From the NCBI GenBank assembly GCA_951406725.2, contig OX597821.1:48794001-48858000 (forward strand): DNA of 64,000 bases, written 5' to 3'. The notes beneath the pieces were generated by a model. The model saw only the letters and a program-made list of their open reading frames with translations, was not told the DNA's origin and did not search any database. This DNA comes from Octopus vulgaris. Its lineage: Eukaryota. Shown piece by piece: positions 1-12,300 of this stretch (positions within the stretch are counted from its first letter, which is position 1; every line of letters begins with the position of its first letter). The translations under genes and the position numbers were made by a program.

Positions 1-616
1 TCACCTCGCATTGCACCGGTTTTTACTCTCTTTTATCAACCATGTTTATCTTTTACACCTTAATGGAATATATACATACGCACACACACACAGATTTGTG
101 TATTTATAAATTGTATTGTCTAATATGTTTGAAGTCCCTTACAATCCTCGAACCGATATATGTGCGCGCGCGCACACCTGGCTAGAATCTCCTTGCTGTC
201 CAGTTACTTTAATATTTCATTCTTTGAATATTGTCTTGTTACAATTACACTTTTTTTTTCTTTTTCTTCAATGAATTACCTAAACAGGTGATAAGATGAA
301 TCCGTTTTACCCCTCTTAGAGCTAAACTCTGATGAGCATCTTCCCGTTACCAATTCTCTTCTTTTTATGTATCTGAGACCACTTTGGTCAGTGTGTTTCT
401 TTCTTTTTTTCTTCAAGACGGCAAGATGTGATTTAAATGAGATTTAGCAGCTATTTCTTGTACGACCGCGATCTGTTTAAGATGTCTTAAGTCTATTCTA
501 ATTCATTATATCGTTTATTTTTTAATTCTTGTTGTGAAGTCATATTCACCTACAATATAACCACCATAGCAAAATCACTTTCATATCGTTATTTTCACAA
601 GACCAAATCTGATCCT

Positions 617-648
617 TAGTCGCAGTAAGTAGTAACTTACTGCGACTA
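617..648. repeat. Perfect 14-bp hairpin
   Basis: TAGTCGCAGTAAGT-AGTA-ACTTACTGCGACTA. Confidence 0.9.
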
Positions 649-1899
649 GTGACTATCTCAACTGCAACATCTAATTTATTAGAAATATGTAATGACACTT
701 TATTTATGTATGCGGCAAATCAACAGAAATGATGCAGATTGAAATAGCTTGCATTATTTACAAATCTCACAACTTGGCCATCCGTCCATCCAAGGTTGAT
801 ACAAAATATTCCCTTTCGTTTCATTTGTGAATGTTATAAAAACTGAGAACGATTCAGAGAAAAAGAATCCAATTTTCAAAAGTAAGCTGTCAGTGTTTGA
901 ATTTGATAAATGGAAATTGAGTGGAAGCTTGTCGTGTAGACATGTAACATCATCATCTTTAAGTTTGGTCATTGGGCAGTTCAACAGAATCCATAGTGTC
1001 AGAGGACTTGCGTCATGCTTCAGAGGTTGCAAGAATATGGAATGAAATATGGGCAAGAGATATGTGTGTTTGTCCCTACCACCACTGAATAAATACAGGA
1101 ATTGATTTGTTCAGCTAAACCATTCAAGGCTGTGCCTCAGCATGACCACAACCTAGCGACTAAAACGGTTACATGACTTTTGTGTTCCTCTCAAAAAATA
1201 TTTGAGACAACCTAAAATTTGGCATTGCTAAGGTAATTTACAATGAAGTACTGGTATCAGTTTGGCACTACTTCCACCTATTCATTATTATTTAACGTCT
1301 ATGTACCGTGCTGGTAGGAGTTGGATGGTTTGACAGGAATCCAAAGACTTCATTCGAGCTCATGTCTGCTTTGGCATGGTTTTTACAGCTGGATACCCTT
1401 CCTGATACCAACCACTTTAGAATGTGTGCTGGGTGTTTTTTCGTGCTACCTGCACTATTGAGTTTGCCATGCAGTTTGCAAAAGTATGAACCGTGGGGAG
1501 AGGAGCAGCTTCATGTTATGGGATGAAAGGATTACTATGAGAAGTGTATGACTATTTACATCTAGTAGGGGGGAAAAGAGGTGGCGTGAGTGAGAAAATT
1601 ATGGTGATAAGGTATCCGGCACAGGCTGAGTAGAAGTGGGTGGTTGATTTGCAAGATTATATGGAAAGATGAATTAGGAATGGGGATGCAAAACTGTCGA
1701 AGTAAATGGGGTTGAAGAGTGGTTGAGACAGGAACCATGAGCTGGAGAAGATAAAGGGATGCAAAAGAATGGGAGATGGTAAGTTACAGGGGCTAGTGGG
1801 TAGCCAACGAAAGATATATGGTGGGGTAATCTGTAAAACTGGTGGGAGGGGAAAGAGTCATGGTAGTGGAGAGGAGCGTTACTGTAACAGATGGAGAAC

Positions 1900-2387
1900 A
1901 CAAGACGTGAGGCTTCCAGAATTTGGTTTTACTGAGGAGGGCACATCTTTTTGAGAACCTTAAATGACAAAAGATCCTGGTCCTTTGACCTCTCATCTAT
2001 CAGGCTCAGTATCTTGAAGTTAGCTTTCATCACTTCCTTCCATGTCTTCTACAGGTTTCACTGTATTAAGCGATTGACACTTCATACAACTGTCCTTAAC
2101 CACACGCATCACATATGTCCATACCAACACAATCTTCTTTCTTGAACACATCTGATTCCTCTTACACTCAGTTTTTCACTAAGCACTTTTGTACTAATTC
2201 TTTGATACATACTCAAATTTCACATCAAATGAAGCATGCTCACTTCATTTCTTTTCAGTCTTCTCAAGTGCTCTGCATTCAAGGACCACATCTTATTATC
2301 ATGTAGCATGTTCTAATACAAGCATTATACAATCTACTCTTCACTATTAGGGAAAAGATCTTTGTTGTCAACAGTGGTAGTAGCTCT
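1900..2387 (-). mobile_element. Old RTE-clade LINE, ORF C-terminal remnant
   Basis: Resembles the minus-strand RTE ORF end at 24410-24775, with many stops. Confidence 0.55.
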
Positions 2388-2905
2388 CATCATCATCATC
2401 ATCGTTTAACATCCGTTTTCCATGCTAGCATGGATTGGACGGTTCGACCGGGGTCTGGGAAACCAGGAGGCTGCACCAGGCTCCAGTCTGATCTGGCAGT
2501 GTTTCTACAGCTGGATACCCTTCCTAACACCAACCACTCCGTGAGTGTAGTGGGTGCTTTTTACGTGCCACCGGCACAGGTGCCAGGGGAGGCTGACAGC
2601 AGCCACGACCGGTTGGTGCTTTTTACGTGCTACCGGCATAGAAGCCAGTCAAGGCGGCACTGGCATCGGCCACATTCGGATGGTGCTTTTTACATGCCAC
2701 TGGCACAGGTATCACAACTACAATTTCCATTTGATATTTATTTTGATGTTGATGTACTTGACTCAATAGGTCTCCTCAAGCACAGCAGGTCATGTGCCAC
2801 TGGAACAGAAGCCAGTCAAGGCAGCGCTGGCATCGGCCATGTTCGGATGGTGCGTTTTACGTGCTGCCGGCACAGATATCGTAACTACAATTTCCATTTG
2901 ATATT
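2388..2905 (-). mobile_element. RTE LINE 3' UTR/tail copy with (GAT)n end and internal tandem units
   Basis: Near-identical to 23981-24330; catcatcatc-gtttaac start; repeated GGTGCTTTTTACGTGCCACCGGCAC units. Confidence 0.85.
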
Positions 2906-3049
2906 TACATCCATAAAATACACTAGTAATGACCTGGTGTTGATTTAATTAACTACATCTTACCTTAAAATGTGTCATTTTCCTCAGTTTGAAATTCTTA
3001 TTCAACATTTGGTAGTTTCAGGCAAATTTCTGCTGTATTACCTGAAGAG

Positions 3050-4860
3050 GCTTTGGTGAATTTGGATCAGTCCAAAGCTTTTGACTGGGTGGACCATTGC
3101 TATCTGGTGCCTTTCCTAAAAGCTGTCAGTTCTGATTCCATCTTCAGAGGCCAAATCACCACAATGTATAGTGGTATCTGCTTGGTTGTCAAATTAAATT
3201 GCCACCTATCAGAACCTTTCAGTATTGAACACTCAGTTTGCCAAGGATGCCCGACACCCTGCTTTTATATATTCTGGCATTAGAATCTTTTGCTGCAAAG
3301 GCTGAAGAATTTGTGGGATATCCCACTGGAACTAAGCCTGAGGAGCACTGTGTCTGCATATGTGGATGACATCATTGTTATGTTGTCAAACTCTTCAGAC
3401 ATAGAAATGATCGACACTATACTGAAAGAATATCAGGCATGTACAGGAGCACTCATAAACCAGGACAAATCAGTAAGTTTGCACCTAGGCTCTTGGAGAG
3501 GCAAGTCTATGTTGAATAGTGACAATTTCAGTTGCTGGAGGGAGGGTCCAGTGAATGTGCTCAGATTCTGGTTCTGACCAAATCTCCAAGTAGATAGGAA
3601 CTGGGAAAAGGTCATGGCCAAGGTGGCCAAGCTCCCTTAGAAATGGGCTAAAAGGACGTTGTCTCTGAAAGACCAGGCAGAAGTAGTGAATGCATACATC
3701 ACCTCAGTAGTGTACTGCTGCCTAACCATTCTACCTTGTCCCAAGAAATCTCTGACCAGATTGGATCACTTGCTTTTTCAATTTCTATGGAAGGGTCAGG
3801 TTCTGCTGGCCAGAAAAGCCAACTGCTGTCTACACCCACACCATGGTGGTCTTGGGGTGCCATCTTTGATGATGCAGTGCCATGCATAGAGGCTGACGCA
3901 TGTGCAGAAATATTTAAATCATTGCAATGGTGTGAATGATGGCAATGAAAATATGGATGAACTAGTGTGTGCATCTGTTGTGTGACATATCTTTCTGCAG
4001 CTCATCTAAACAGAACAAGATGGGTATTTGGCATTTAGAATGTTGCCAGGTGCATTGTACTAGCTGGACAAAACCATTAGGAAAACAACCCAAGGTTTCT
4101 GTAGGAGGCTTGTTAAGGGTATGAGTGACGATGGCCTAGGATTGACTCTGGGCATCAACAAGAACAGTCTGAGTAGTCTCTGCCAGAGAACTTTTGAGTC
4201 AAAGATGATGGACAATTTCCAAAAGTCTTTGGCATGGCAGTGTTACAGGGTATGGAAGTGACAATTGCTGAACCTGCCTGAGATGCATGCAGGAGGACAA
4301 AACTGTCCTATATGCAATCATTCAGTGTCTGTGCATTAGAGAGTTGTGGGTTTGCATGGAGCAGTTGCTGTCTCGTATATGATGAATCCAGCTGTCTGCC
4401 AAAGATATAGTGATGATTGTTGCACCACCTTCCTTTAACAGAAAAGGAAGGTAGATCTTTTTCTGCTTAGTGGCTGTGGCAAAAGATGCTGTGTAGTGGA
4501 CCTGTCTGAAAGGTTTGAAGATAGGCACATTCTTGTCTGACCAAGCTTTCAATAATTTCTTCAGATATCATTTGATGAGGAAGGTGAGGGTTGAAGGAGG
4601 TGCTGCCTTCTAGTGTATTTATCAAAAGGTAGACAAAAGTGGCAAAATGGGTGAGACTGAATGGATCAACTCTGAGTACATTTTTCTTTGCAGAAAGAAA
4701 GAAACTGGAAAGGGCATTTACCCATGCTTTGGGGACAGCAGAATAATCTGGAATTTTTGCATGGGGTTTATCCCAAATTACCTGAAGTGGACTGCCCTGC
4801 TTTTGGGGATTCTAATTATTTATTTCTCTAATTTTTATTTATATATCCTTTAATGTGGTA
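3050..4860 (+). mobile_element. Decayed Tx1/L1-clade LINE, RT to 3' end
   Basis: LDQSKAFDWVDH, SVCQGCP, AYVDDI, FLWKG and HGGLGVP motifs across broken ORFs; the 3' UTR seems to resume at ~7567-7670 with AATAAA and a (TTA)n tail. Confidence 0.85.
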
Positions 4861-5349
4861 GTGTCTCATTTCGAATAGGGACAACTCAACACCACTGACT
4901 CAATGCCAGGATAATTCAACACCAAGACAACTCAACAGCAAGAAAATTGATTAATAAATAATTTACTCATTTTATAACTTTATTCGTTTTATAACATTAC
5001 CAGAAATTTATAAAAAGATTAATCTGAATACATGGCTTAAATAAAAAAAAAAGCAGAACTTTTAAAATTCGAATAAAAGTAACTTATAAAGGATGTAATT
5101 ATATATATGTGTGTGTATTCCAGAACAGTGGGCTGTTTGCTTCACAATCGGCCCAAGCTTCTTCAATTTAGCAGTTTGTTGCAATTATTTTTTTGGTCAT
5201 AATGGCCTATTTAGCTTGTGTCAAAGGTAATTAGATTGCTCTAAACCATTCAAAGAAGGAATACTAAGAATTCATATTTTTCTACCAATATTGGCAGTCA
5301 CAGCTCTTGAGATTGACATTAAGATGTAGAAATTTTGAAAGTTGAAACC

Positions 5350-5805
5350 ATCATCATCGTTTAACGTCCGTTTTCCATACTGGCATGGGTTGGACAGTTC
5401 GACTGGGGCCTGGGAACCCAGGAGGCTACACCAGGCCCCAATCTGATCTGGCAGTGTTTCTACAGCTGGATGCACTTCCTAACGCCAACCACTCTAAGAG
5501 TGTAGTGGGTGTTTTTTACGCGTCACTGGCACAGGGACCAGAGGACCTGGCATTGACCACGATCGGATGGTGCTTTTTACATGCCACTGGCATGGAAGCC
5601 AGTCAAAGCGGCACTGGCATCGGCCACGTTCAGATGGTGCTTTTTATGTGCTACTGGCATGGGGCTCACAACTACAATTTCCATTTGATTTGATTTTGAT
5701 ATTGCTGATGTTGATGTACTTGACTAAATAGGTCATCTCAAGCACGGCATGTTGCCCTACAATCCAAGGTACTTTTGAGCAGGCTGGTTATGAAACACTG
5801 GTGTG
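5350..5805 (-). mobile_element. RTE LINE 3' tail copy nested in the MULE
   Basis: Same family as 2388 and 23981. Confidence 0.85.
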
Positions 5806-5814
5806 GTAATGATA

Positions 5815-6035
5815 TTAATTCTTCCTATTAAAGACACATGGCCAGATGTTTTATGGGGCTGGAACTAGTTGATTACATCGACCCCAGTGTTTCACTGGTA
5901 TTTCTTTTATCAACCCCGAAAAGACAAAAAGCAAAGTCGATCTCAGCAGAATTTGAACCCAGAATGTAAAGATGGATGAAATATCACTAAGCATTTCACC
6001 TGTCATGCTAATGATTCTGCCAGCTTGTCGCCTTG

Positions 6036-6065
<30 letters not shown>
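5815..6065 (-). mobile_element. SINE (AAGGCGGCGAGCTGGCAGAA family)
   Basis: Similar to 25555-25757; decayed relatives at ~7670-7865, 8600-8770, 14060-14270 and 41430-41850. Confidence 0.75.
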
Positions 6066-6068
<3 letters not shown>

Positions 6069-7879
6069 GAAATTCTTAGTCAAAGAGGACAAGAAAAAAT
6101 TACATATAAAGGACATTTATTTGTATTTCATAAGTTTAGTAAGAGTGATAACAATATAAAATTTTGTTGTTGTGATCAAGGTTCTAGATGCAATGCAAGG
6201 ATTCATATGAAGTTTGGTGCAGTTATCAAGGAAGGAAATGCACATCACCATAATTCGTGTGCAGTTAATATAAAAGCGGCTAAAGTGCATACAACCTTGA
6301 AACGTCATGCCGAAGACACTATTGAAAAGCCAAGTGCAGTAATAAGTGAAGTATTAACAAATGCCTCTCGGGTGACACTTGGATCATTGCCAGATGCTTC
6401 AGCCATGAGGAAAACTATAAAACACAAAAGGAGAGCCTTAAGTACCCCACCTCTGTGTCCTGTAGATCTTCAAGGCTTAGAGCTGCCACACCAGTACAAA
6501 ATTTACATTTCTGAAGAAGGAAGAGAAGAAAATTTCCTGATCGGTTATAGTGGCCCCAGACTCTATAGAATTTTGCTTTTTGGGAGAGAAAGTTGGCTGC
6601 AGCATTTACATTCTTCAAGATTACTTTCACAAGTTTACATTCATTCTTGCAAAGAAATTCGATGGTCTTGTGGTGGCCTATTCTCTTTTGCCAAACAAGC
6701 AGTGATTAACTTATGCAAAGATGTTTGAAATGCTCAAAGATGCTGAGCCAACACTAAACCCAACATTTATTATTTGCGATTTCGAACATGCAGCCTTTAA
6801 AGCCATGAAGGAAGCTTTTTCAGAATTTGAAATAAAGGATATTTTTTCCATTTAGCACAAAATATGCACAAAAAGATAGCTGTTATGTACAACAACAATG
6901 CTACCTTTACACTAAAAGCCAAGATGATATTAAGTTTAGCATTTGTTCCTTTTCCACATATTGATATGTATATTGACGCCCTCTCTGCGGATATACCTGA
7001 AGAACTTGCAGCACTGCTGAATTTGTTCGAAGATGCCTATATTGGAAGACCAAATCTACGTGGAAATAGAAGACCTTCACCCTTCCTCCACGTTGCTCGA
7101 GGAAGACTGGACAAATAACCATACTGAAGCAGCAAATAGAAGAATCCAAATAGAGCTGGGAATGGAGCCCCCCACAATATAGAGATTCATAAATGGGCTA
7201 CATACGGTGCAAAGAAACAAATGCATTTTTTGAGCAACTGATTGGAGGTCATCTCCTTCCTCCTAAACTGAAGAAGTATATGAAGATAGATGATAGAATT
7301 CTGCATATTGTTTCATCTTTTTCAGAATAATCTCCCACAGAATATTTGAAGGGAATTTCATACAACTTTCAATAAATTTCTCATTTAAATTTTAGCCTTG
7401 TATTAAAAATATATAGTTTCTCAATTACTTTTATTTGAATTTTAAAATTTATGTCATGTATTAAACTAACCTTTTATAAATACCTGATAATGTTATAAAG
7501 CGAATAAATTATTTTTTAATCAATTTTCCTGGCGTTGAGTCGGCAGTGTTAAGTTGTCCTGCACACTTTCCCTTTGATCAATGTAAGACCACCTGCTTTT
7601 AACTAGTTCTTTGATGTTGTTCTCCATGTCTTAGGTCCATGTGGCCAATAAAGGAAATCATTATTATTAGGCAATGTTAGCACATTGGACGAAATGCTTA
7701 GTAACAGTTCTTGTTTTTTACATTGAGTTTGAATTCCAACAAGGTTAACTTTCCCTTTCGTCATTTTAGAGTCATTGATATAAGTACCATTTAAACACTA
7801 GTGTCAGTGTAATTGACTCTCACCCTTCCTCAAAATTTCAGGCCTTGTATCATTTGCAGAAAAAAATTATTATTATTAT

Positions 7880-8345
7880 TCCTCTGTAGTCTTGTGCCAG
7901 AAGATTTTTTTTCAGCCTTCATGAGAAGCCTGGTGTATGTACTAGCAAGGTAATCTTAAAGTACTTTTATGGTACAGGTTTTAGTTCCTCAGAATGCTCT
8001 CTATGTATGTGTGAAGAAGGCCAGTACTGTTGACTTTGAAATAATTGATTGATAAATGTTTTGAAGTTTGTTACAGACACTCTAGGCTAGTCCCTTCTGT
8101 GTAAAGAAGTCTTTCTTACTGTCAGCAACATACAACACCAGGTATTTCAAGTTACTAACCACATGAGTTGTGTACCATCATTAGAACAGATTAACAGATA
8201 GCTTTCATCTTGATTGATGGTCATGTATTCAGTCTTCTTTGCATTGATAAACAGTCTGACATATCCTGCAGTATTCTCAGGGGTTGCTAACAAATCTTGT
8301 GCATTGCACAGTTGATGAACTGTGAGGGCAAGATCATCAACATAG
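7880..8345 (-). mobile_element. RTE-like RT fragment
   Basis: Minus strand reads Y.DDLAL...GLFINAKKTEYM...FKYL-like RT motifs. Confidence 0.55.
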
Positions 8346-9020
8346 TATGGTTGGGGAGAAACAAGTTATGCTGGCATCTTGTTTACTTTTGCTTAATGGT
8401 GAGGCTTTGCTTAGATGGAGTCAAGACTTTCCACTACAATCACAAAGCTATAAAGAGCTAGGGTGTTTCTTTGCGGGTTTCCTGCTATTGTTGGCAATTT
8501 TACCAAACCCCTTATATTTCATTATATCATCTCTTCAAAATGTTTAGCCTTTTGGGTAATGGATTGGTCAAATCATTAAAGTACTTGCCACTAGAGTCCA
8601 TTTAATAAACTAATTTCTCACCATATTCTCACTTCAAATCTTATTAAAGTCAACTTTTCATCTTTTTTTTTGTGGTGGTGGAGGGGGACATTCAAGTACT
8701 AGGGTTGATGTAATCAACTAACGCCCTCCTCCACAATCTTACTAGTGTCTTATGCCTAAAATACAATTCTTGTTCCTCAAGATTAACTTTTCACTCCAGC
8801 TTTTTGGGGAATATAAAATGAATAACTTTTGTATTATCAATTGATTGTGTCACATTCCTACACTGCTGGTTGCATAGTTGACTATGTTACACTTTTGCTA
8901 TACCTATTGTGCAGTGGCTTTTTTTAATTTCCCATCTATAAATATAACCAAGAGATCAACATCAACCACTGACAATGTTTAGATATTAGTATGTAGTCAA
9001 TGTCAACCATTGTCTATATG

Positions 9021-10230
9021 TACAAGTGGGTGCTGAAAAGTTCCTTTCTTTGGATGAAAGAAAATACAGGCGGATCACTTATGATTTTATTCAGTATATT
9101 CCCCTCTCTGATTCACGCACACACTGCAGTGGCCCTTCAATTTTTCTAAGCCCTATAAAAAGAACTTGGAAGGTTGAGCTGCCAGCAAGACCTCTGTAGC
9201 AGCGATCACTTTCAGATTCAAGTGAAATTTCATTCCCTTCACATGTTTCTTCAGTTTTAGGAAGAGGTGATACATAGAGGGGGCCTAGTCAGGAGAGTAA
9301 GGTGGGTGGTGTACCAATTCGAAGCCAAAGGTACATATTTTTTGTAGAGTTTCAGGTGCTGTGTGTGCTCAGTTTTTCATAGCATTTCTGCTTCAAAGCT
9401 TCGTGCAGTTCATCCAGCAGAGACATACATTCTATGTTGATGGTGTGATGCTATGAAAGGTATTTTATGAGGAGTACTCTGTCTTTGTCCCAGAATACTG
9501 AAGCCAGAATCTTTCCAACTGAGTTCTGGGTCTGAAATTTCTTGGGATGTGGTGAACCACTGTGGCACCACTCCATTGGTTGCTGCTTGGTCTGGGTGTC
9601 ATAATGAGGAAGCCAAGTTTCATCCATGGTGACTAAATGAGCCATGAAATCAGCCTTTTCCACTGCAAACTTGTCCAAAATCACTTTTGATATTGTCACT
9701 CTGTGCTTAGGCATTTTGGCACCCATTTTATGGAAAGCTTTCTCATATCCAGAATGTTGTTGGTGATGTGGCCAACTCTTTTATGAGAAATCCCCAGTCT
9801 CAGCTATGAGTTGAAATCCAACAGTCCTCAAGAATCAGGACATGGTTGCAGAAGTTGGCTATCCTGACCAGAGTTCATCTGTGACCTCAAAATAACCAGT
9901 CCAAAACTTTGATACCCAGATTTTCACTGTGGAGTGAGATGGGCAGCCATCCTTCAAAACTTCCTTAATTTTACCATAGATTTCCTCCACTCCTTTGCCT
10001 TGCAAAAAGAGGAATTTCATGCTTGCCCATGATTCAATTTCACCAAAATCCACAGTAGGAGCTGCCATTATGTGTTAAATCTGCAAAACAGAGAAAGATA
10101 TATAGTATACCATCATGATTTTTTTTCCATATCTCCTCCTAAGTAGTTGTCCTGCCTTCTCTGTAAAGGTAACAGCTCTACCCTTTTGCGATACCCTTAA
10201 AGCCAGAAATTTACAGCAGCCACTCATGTA
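9021..10230 (-). mobile_element. Mariner (Tc1/mariner) element, near full length, inactivated
   Basis: HTH ORF 9859-10068; LVTMDETW...SVFWD catalytic block 9451-9726; imperfect TIRs flanked by TA. Confidence 0.9.
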
Positions 10231-10721
10231 TATATATATCAGTGGCAAAGGGTGACTTGGAAACCAGGGCATGCAGGCCAATCGCCAAGGCAGAGACTGC
10301 GGTAGTGAGACCTTACTCTCCCCCTCACCAAAAGCTATTCACTCCCTTGCTCCATCTGTGAATGTGACAGGAACTAATTTTAAGGAAAGAAAATGCACTT
10401 CTACCAACAGGCTATGCTTTGGGCCTGATACTCCTCTCCACTGGATTTGATGTTCTACTATTAACAATACCTTGGTGATGGGCCTGCCATGATGGCCATT
10501 ATTAGTTCAAGAGAATTCTGAGAAAATAATAGAATCTACAAATAATGAGCTATTAAATTATTTTTTTTTTGGTAAATTTGTCGCTCACTTTGGTGTAAAA
10601 TGTATCAGCACTATGCTCTGCCTTCATCTTCAAAAGTTCTTTTAGTCATAGAAATGAAGACCAAATTGCACAATCTCTCTTCACTTTGAGAACACTTCAA
10701 ATAATTATTTACTTGCTTTAA

Positions 10722-10942
10722 CCCTTTAGCATTTAAACCGGCCATATCCGGCCAAAAGTATTCTACCTGTTTTATGTTCAAACTGGCCAGATCTGGTCTC
10801 TCACACCAACCCTACAATATCATTTTAAAAATTAACAGCTACCTCATCAAAATCTCATAGCTAGAAGATAATGCATGATTAGTTCAAAACAATGTGGATA
10901 AAAAAGGATTAATTTTGGCAGAATAATGTGAACACTAAAGGG
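10722..10942. mobile_element. piggyBac-type MITE
   Basis: TTAA|CCCTTTAG...CTAAAGGG|TTAA; inverted-orientation copy at 27203-27421; decayed copies ~22030-22210, 26150-26356, 40690-40885. Confidence 0.85.
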
Positions 10943-10959
10943 TTAATAAAGAAAGTGAT

Positions 10960-11940
10960 TTGTCACAGGAAGCAGTTTAATGCTAGAAATCAGCTCTCTT
11001 GGCATTTGAAGTGAATACAACTCGGCTCTTGCCAAACATATTAAGGACAAAGTTTCAACAAGATTTGGCAGTTTCACATCTTGAAGATAACTAATTGCTG
11101 AGCAATCAATCCTAGTCTCTCTATCAGTGAGGATTTGATAATTTATGTATATATTCATGATTAGCCTTCCCTTAAATAAATCTGATGTTGAATATTTAAC
11201 AGTTTTTCTTTTGTTAGTAATATATGTTGCAAGCCTAATCTTACATCACAATTAATACATCAATTACCCCTATGGCGATAATATCAACTGATTGTTCTTT
11301 TTGAAGTACTCAACCTCATGAGTACACCTTGAAATTTCAAGCAAACTTTTAGAGGAATCGAAAACATCTGAGTCATTCAATATGGTTTCAAAAACCACAA
11401 AAAAATTTAAACTGAAAATCTTCTAGGATTGCAGTGAATCCTCTTGCCTGAGCTAATTCTGAAGCACTCCAGTCATCTACATTTTCTAATATGTTTGAAA
11501 ATACTCCAGAAAACATAGTAATTTTGTTGGACAAAATGGATACTTGTTGAGAGGAATAATTCCGACATGTCTCAGGTAATTTTGGAAATCAACCTTTCAA
11601 TGATTTCATCCAGTAGGACTATTCAAGCCATTGACTTTGAGAAAAAAATTGAAACTCCTTTTAAAGATTGGAAGAAAATTTGACATCCATGAATACTTGA
11701 AGCTGATTGAGAGAGTACCAGATTAAGTGAATGTGCATAACAATGTGCAAATATAACATTTACACCAAAAAATTTTTTTATTCTTATTTGCACTCTGTTT
11801 AAATGCCCAGATGGAGTAACCATGATAATTTATGATGGAGTAACTATGATAAATTTGTGTGATCAATTTTTGGCCACAGTTGAATTCAATAAGAAATTTT
11901 CGAACTTCTGTCTTTATTGACATCAGTGTATCCCAAAAGC
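10960..11940 (-). mobile_element. hAT transposase remnant (ZMYM1-like)
   Basis: HCYAHSLNLVLSQSAS...FFSKS motif in ORF 11623-11823. Confidence 0.75.
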
Positions 11941-11944
11941 CTTT

Positions 11945-12300
11945 CTTGAGGCTTTTCCTTTTCATCATACCATTATCCATTCACACGTTTCTCACCCACC
12001 ACATCTCTATTCTCGCTGACATACTGCTTTGCAATCCAGAACATCTCACACCTCTGATCCTTACGCTGTAGAACATTGGCAAATCTCTTATCATCTGTTA
12101 TTCCTTTTGCTATGTAAACATGTTGCCTAGAGTCCCTTTTTGCTACCCGTTATAATTTTCTGCTTCCCCCATTTTTCCAGTCTTTCCAAGCCTGTCTCTT
12201 TGCTTTTATGGTGCTGTCCACCTCCATGTCACCCTTGGCCTACCTGAGACTTTGCACCAGCCACAGATTTGGTCAGTGGCACTCAGTAAATTGTCCCATA
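11945..12300 (-). mobile_element. RTE-like LINE internal fragment
   Basis: Minus strand reads IKAKRQAWKDWKNGGS...IAKQ...ENRDVVG, typical of an EN-RT linker. Confidence 0.55.

Larger units (their letters stand above)
4861..7566 (+). mobile_element. MULE (FLYWCH-type) DNA transposon with long TIRs, decayed
   Basis: ORF 6066-6728 has a FLYWCH-like SQRGQ..YKGHLF..C...RCNARIH..H.H motif; downstream CDFE and ALSAD..LFEDAYIG transposase blocks; 4878-5085 is an imperfect inverted copy of 7420-7560. Confidence 0.85.

Noticed and set aside
2430-2948. 172-aa ORF and similar ORFs at 5385, 24023, 33303 and 35753
   Set aside because: Antisense reading of the RTE 3' UTR repeat; no protein family signal.
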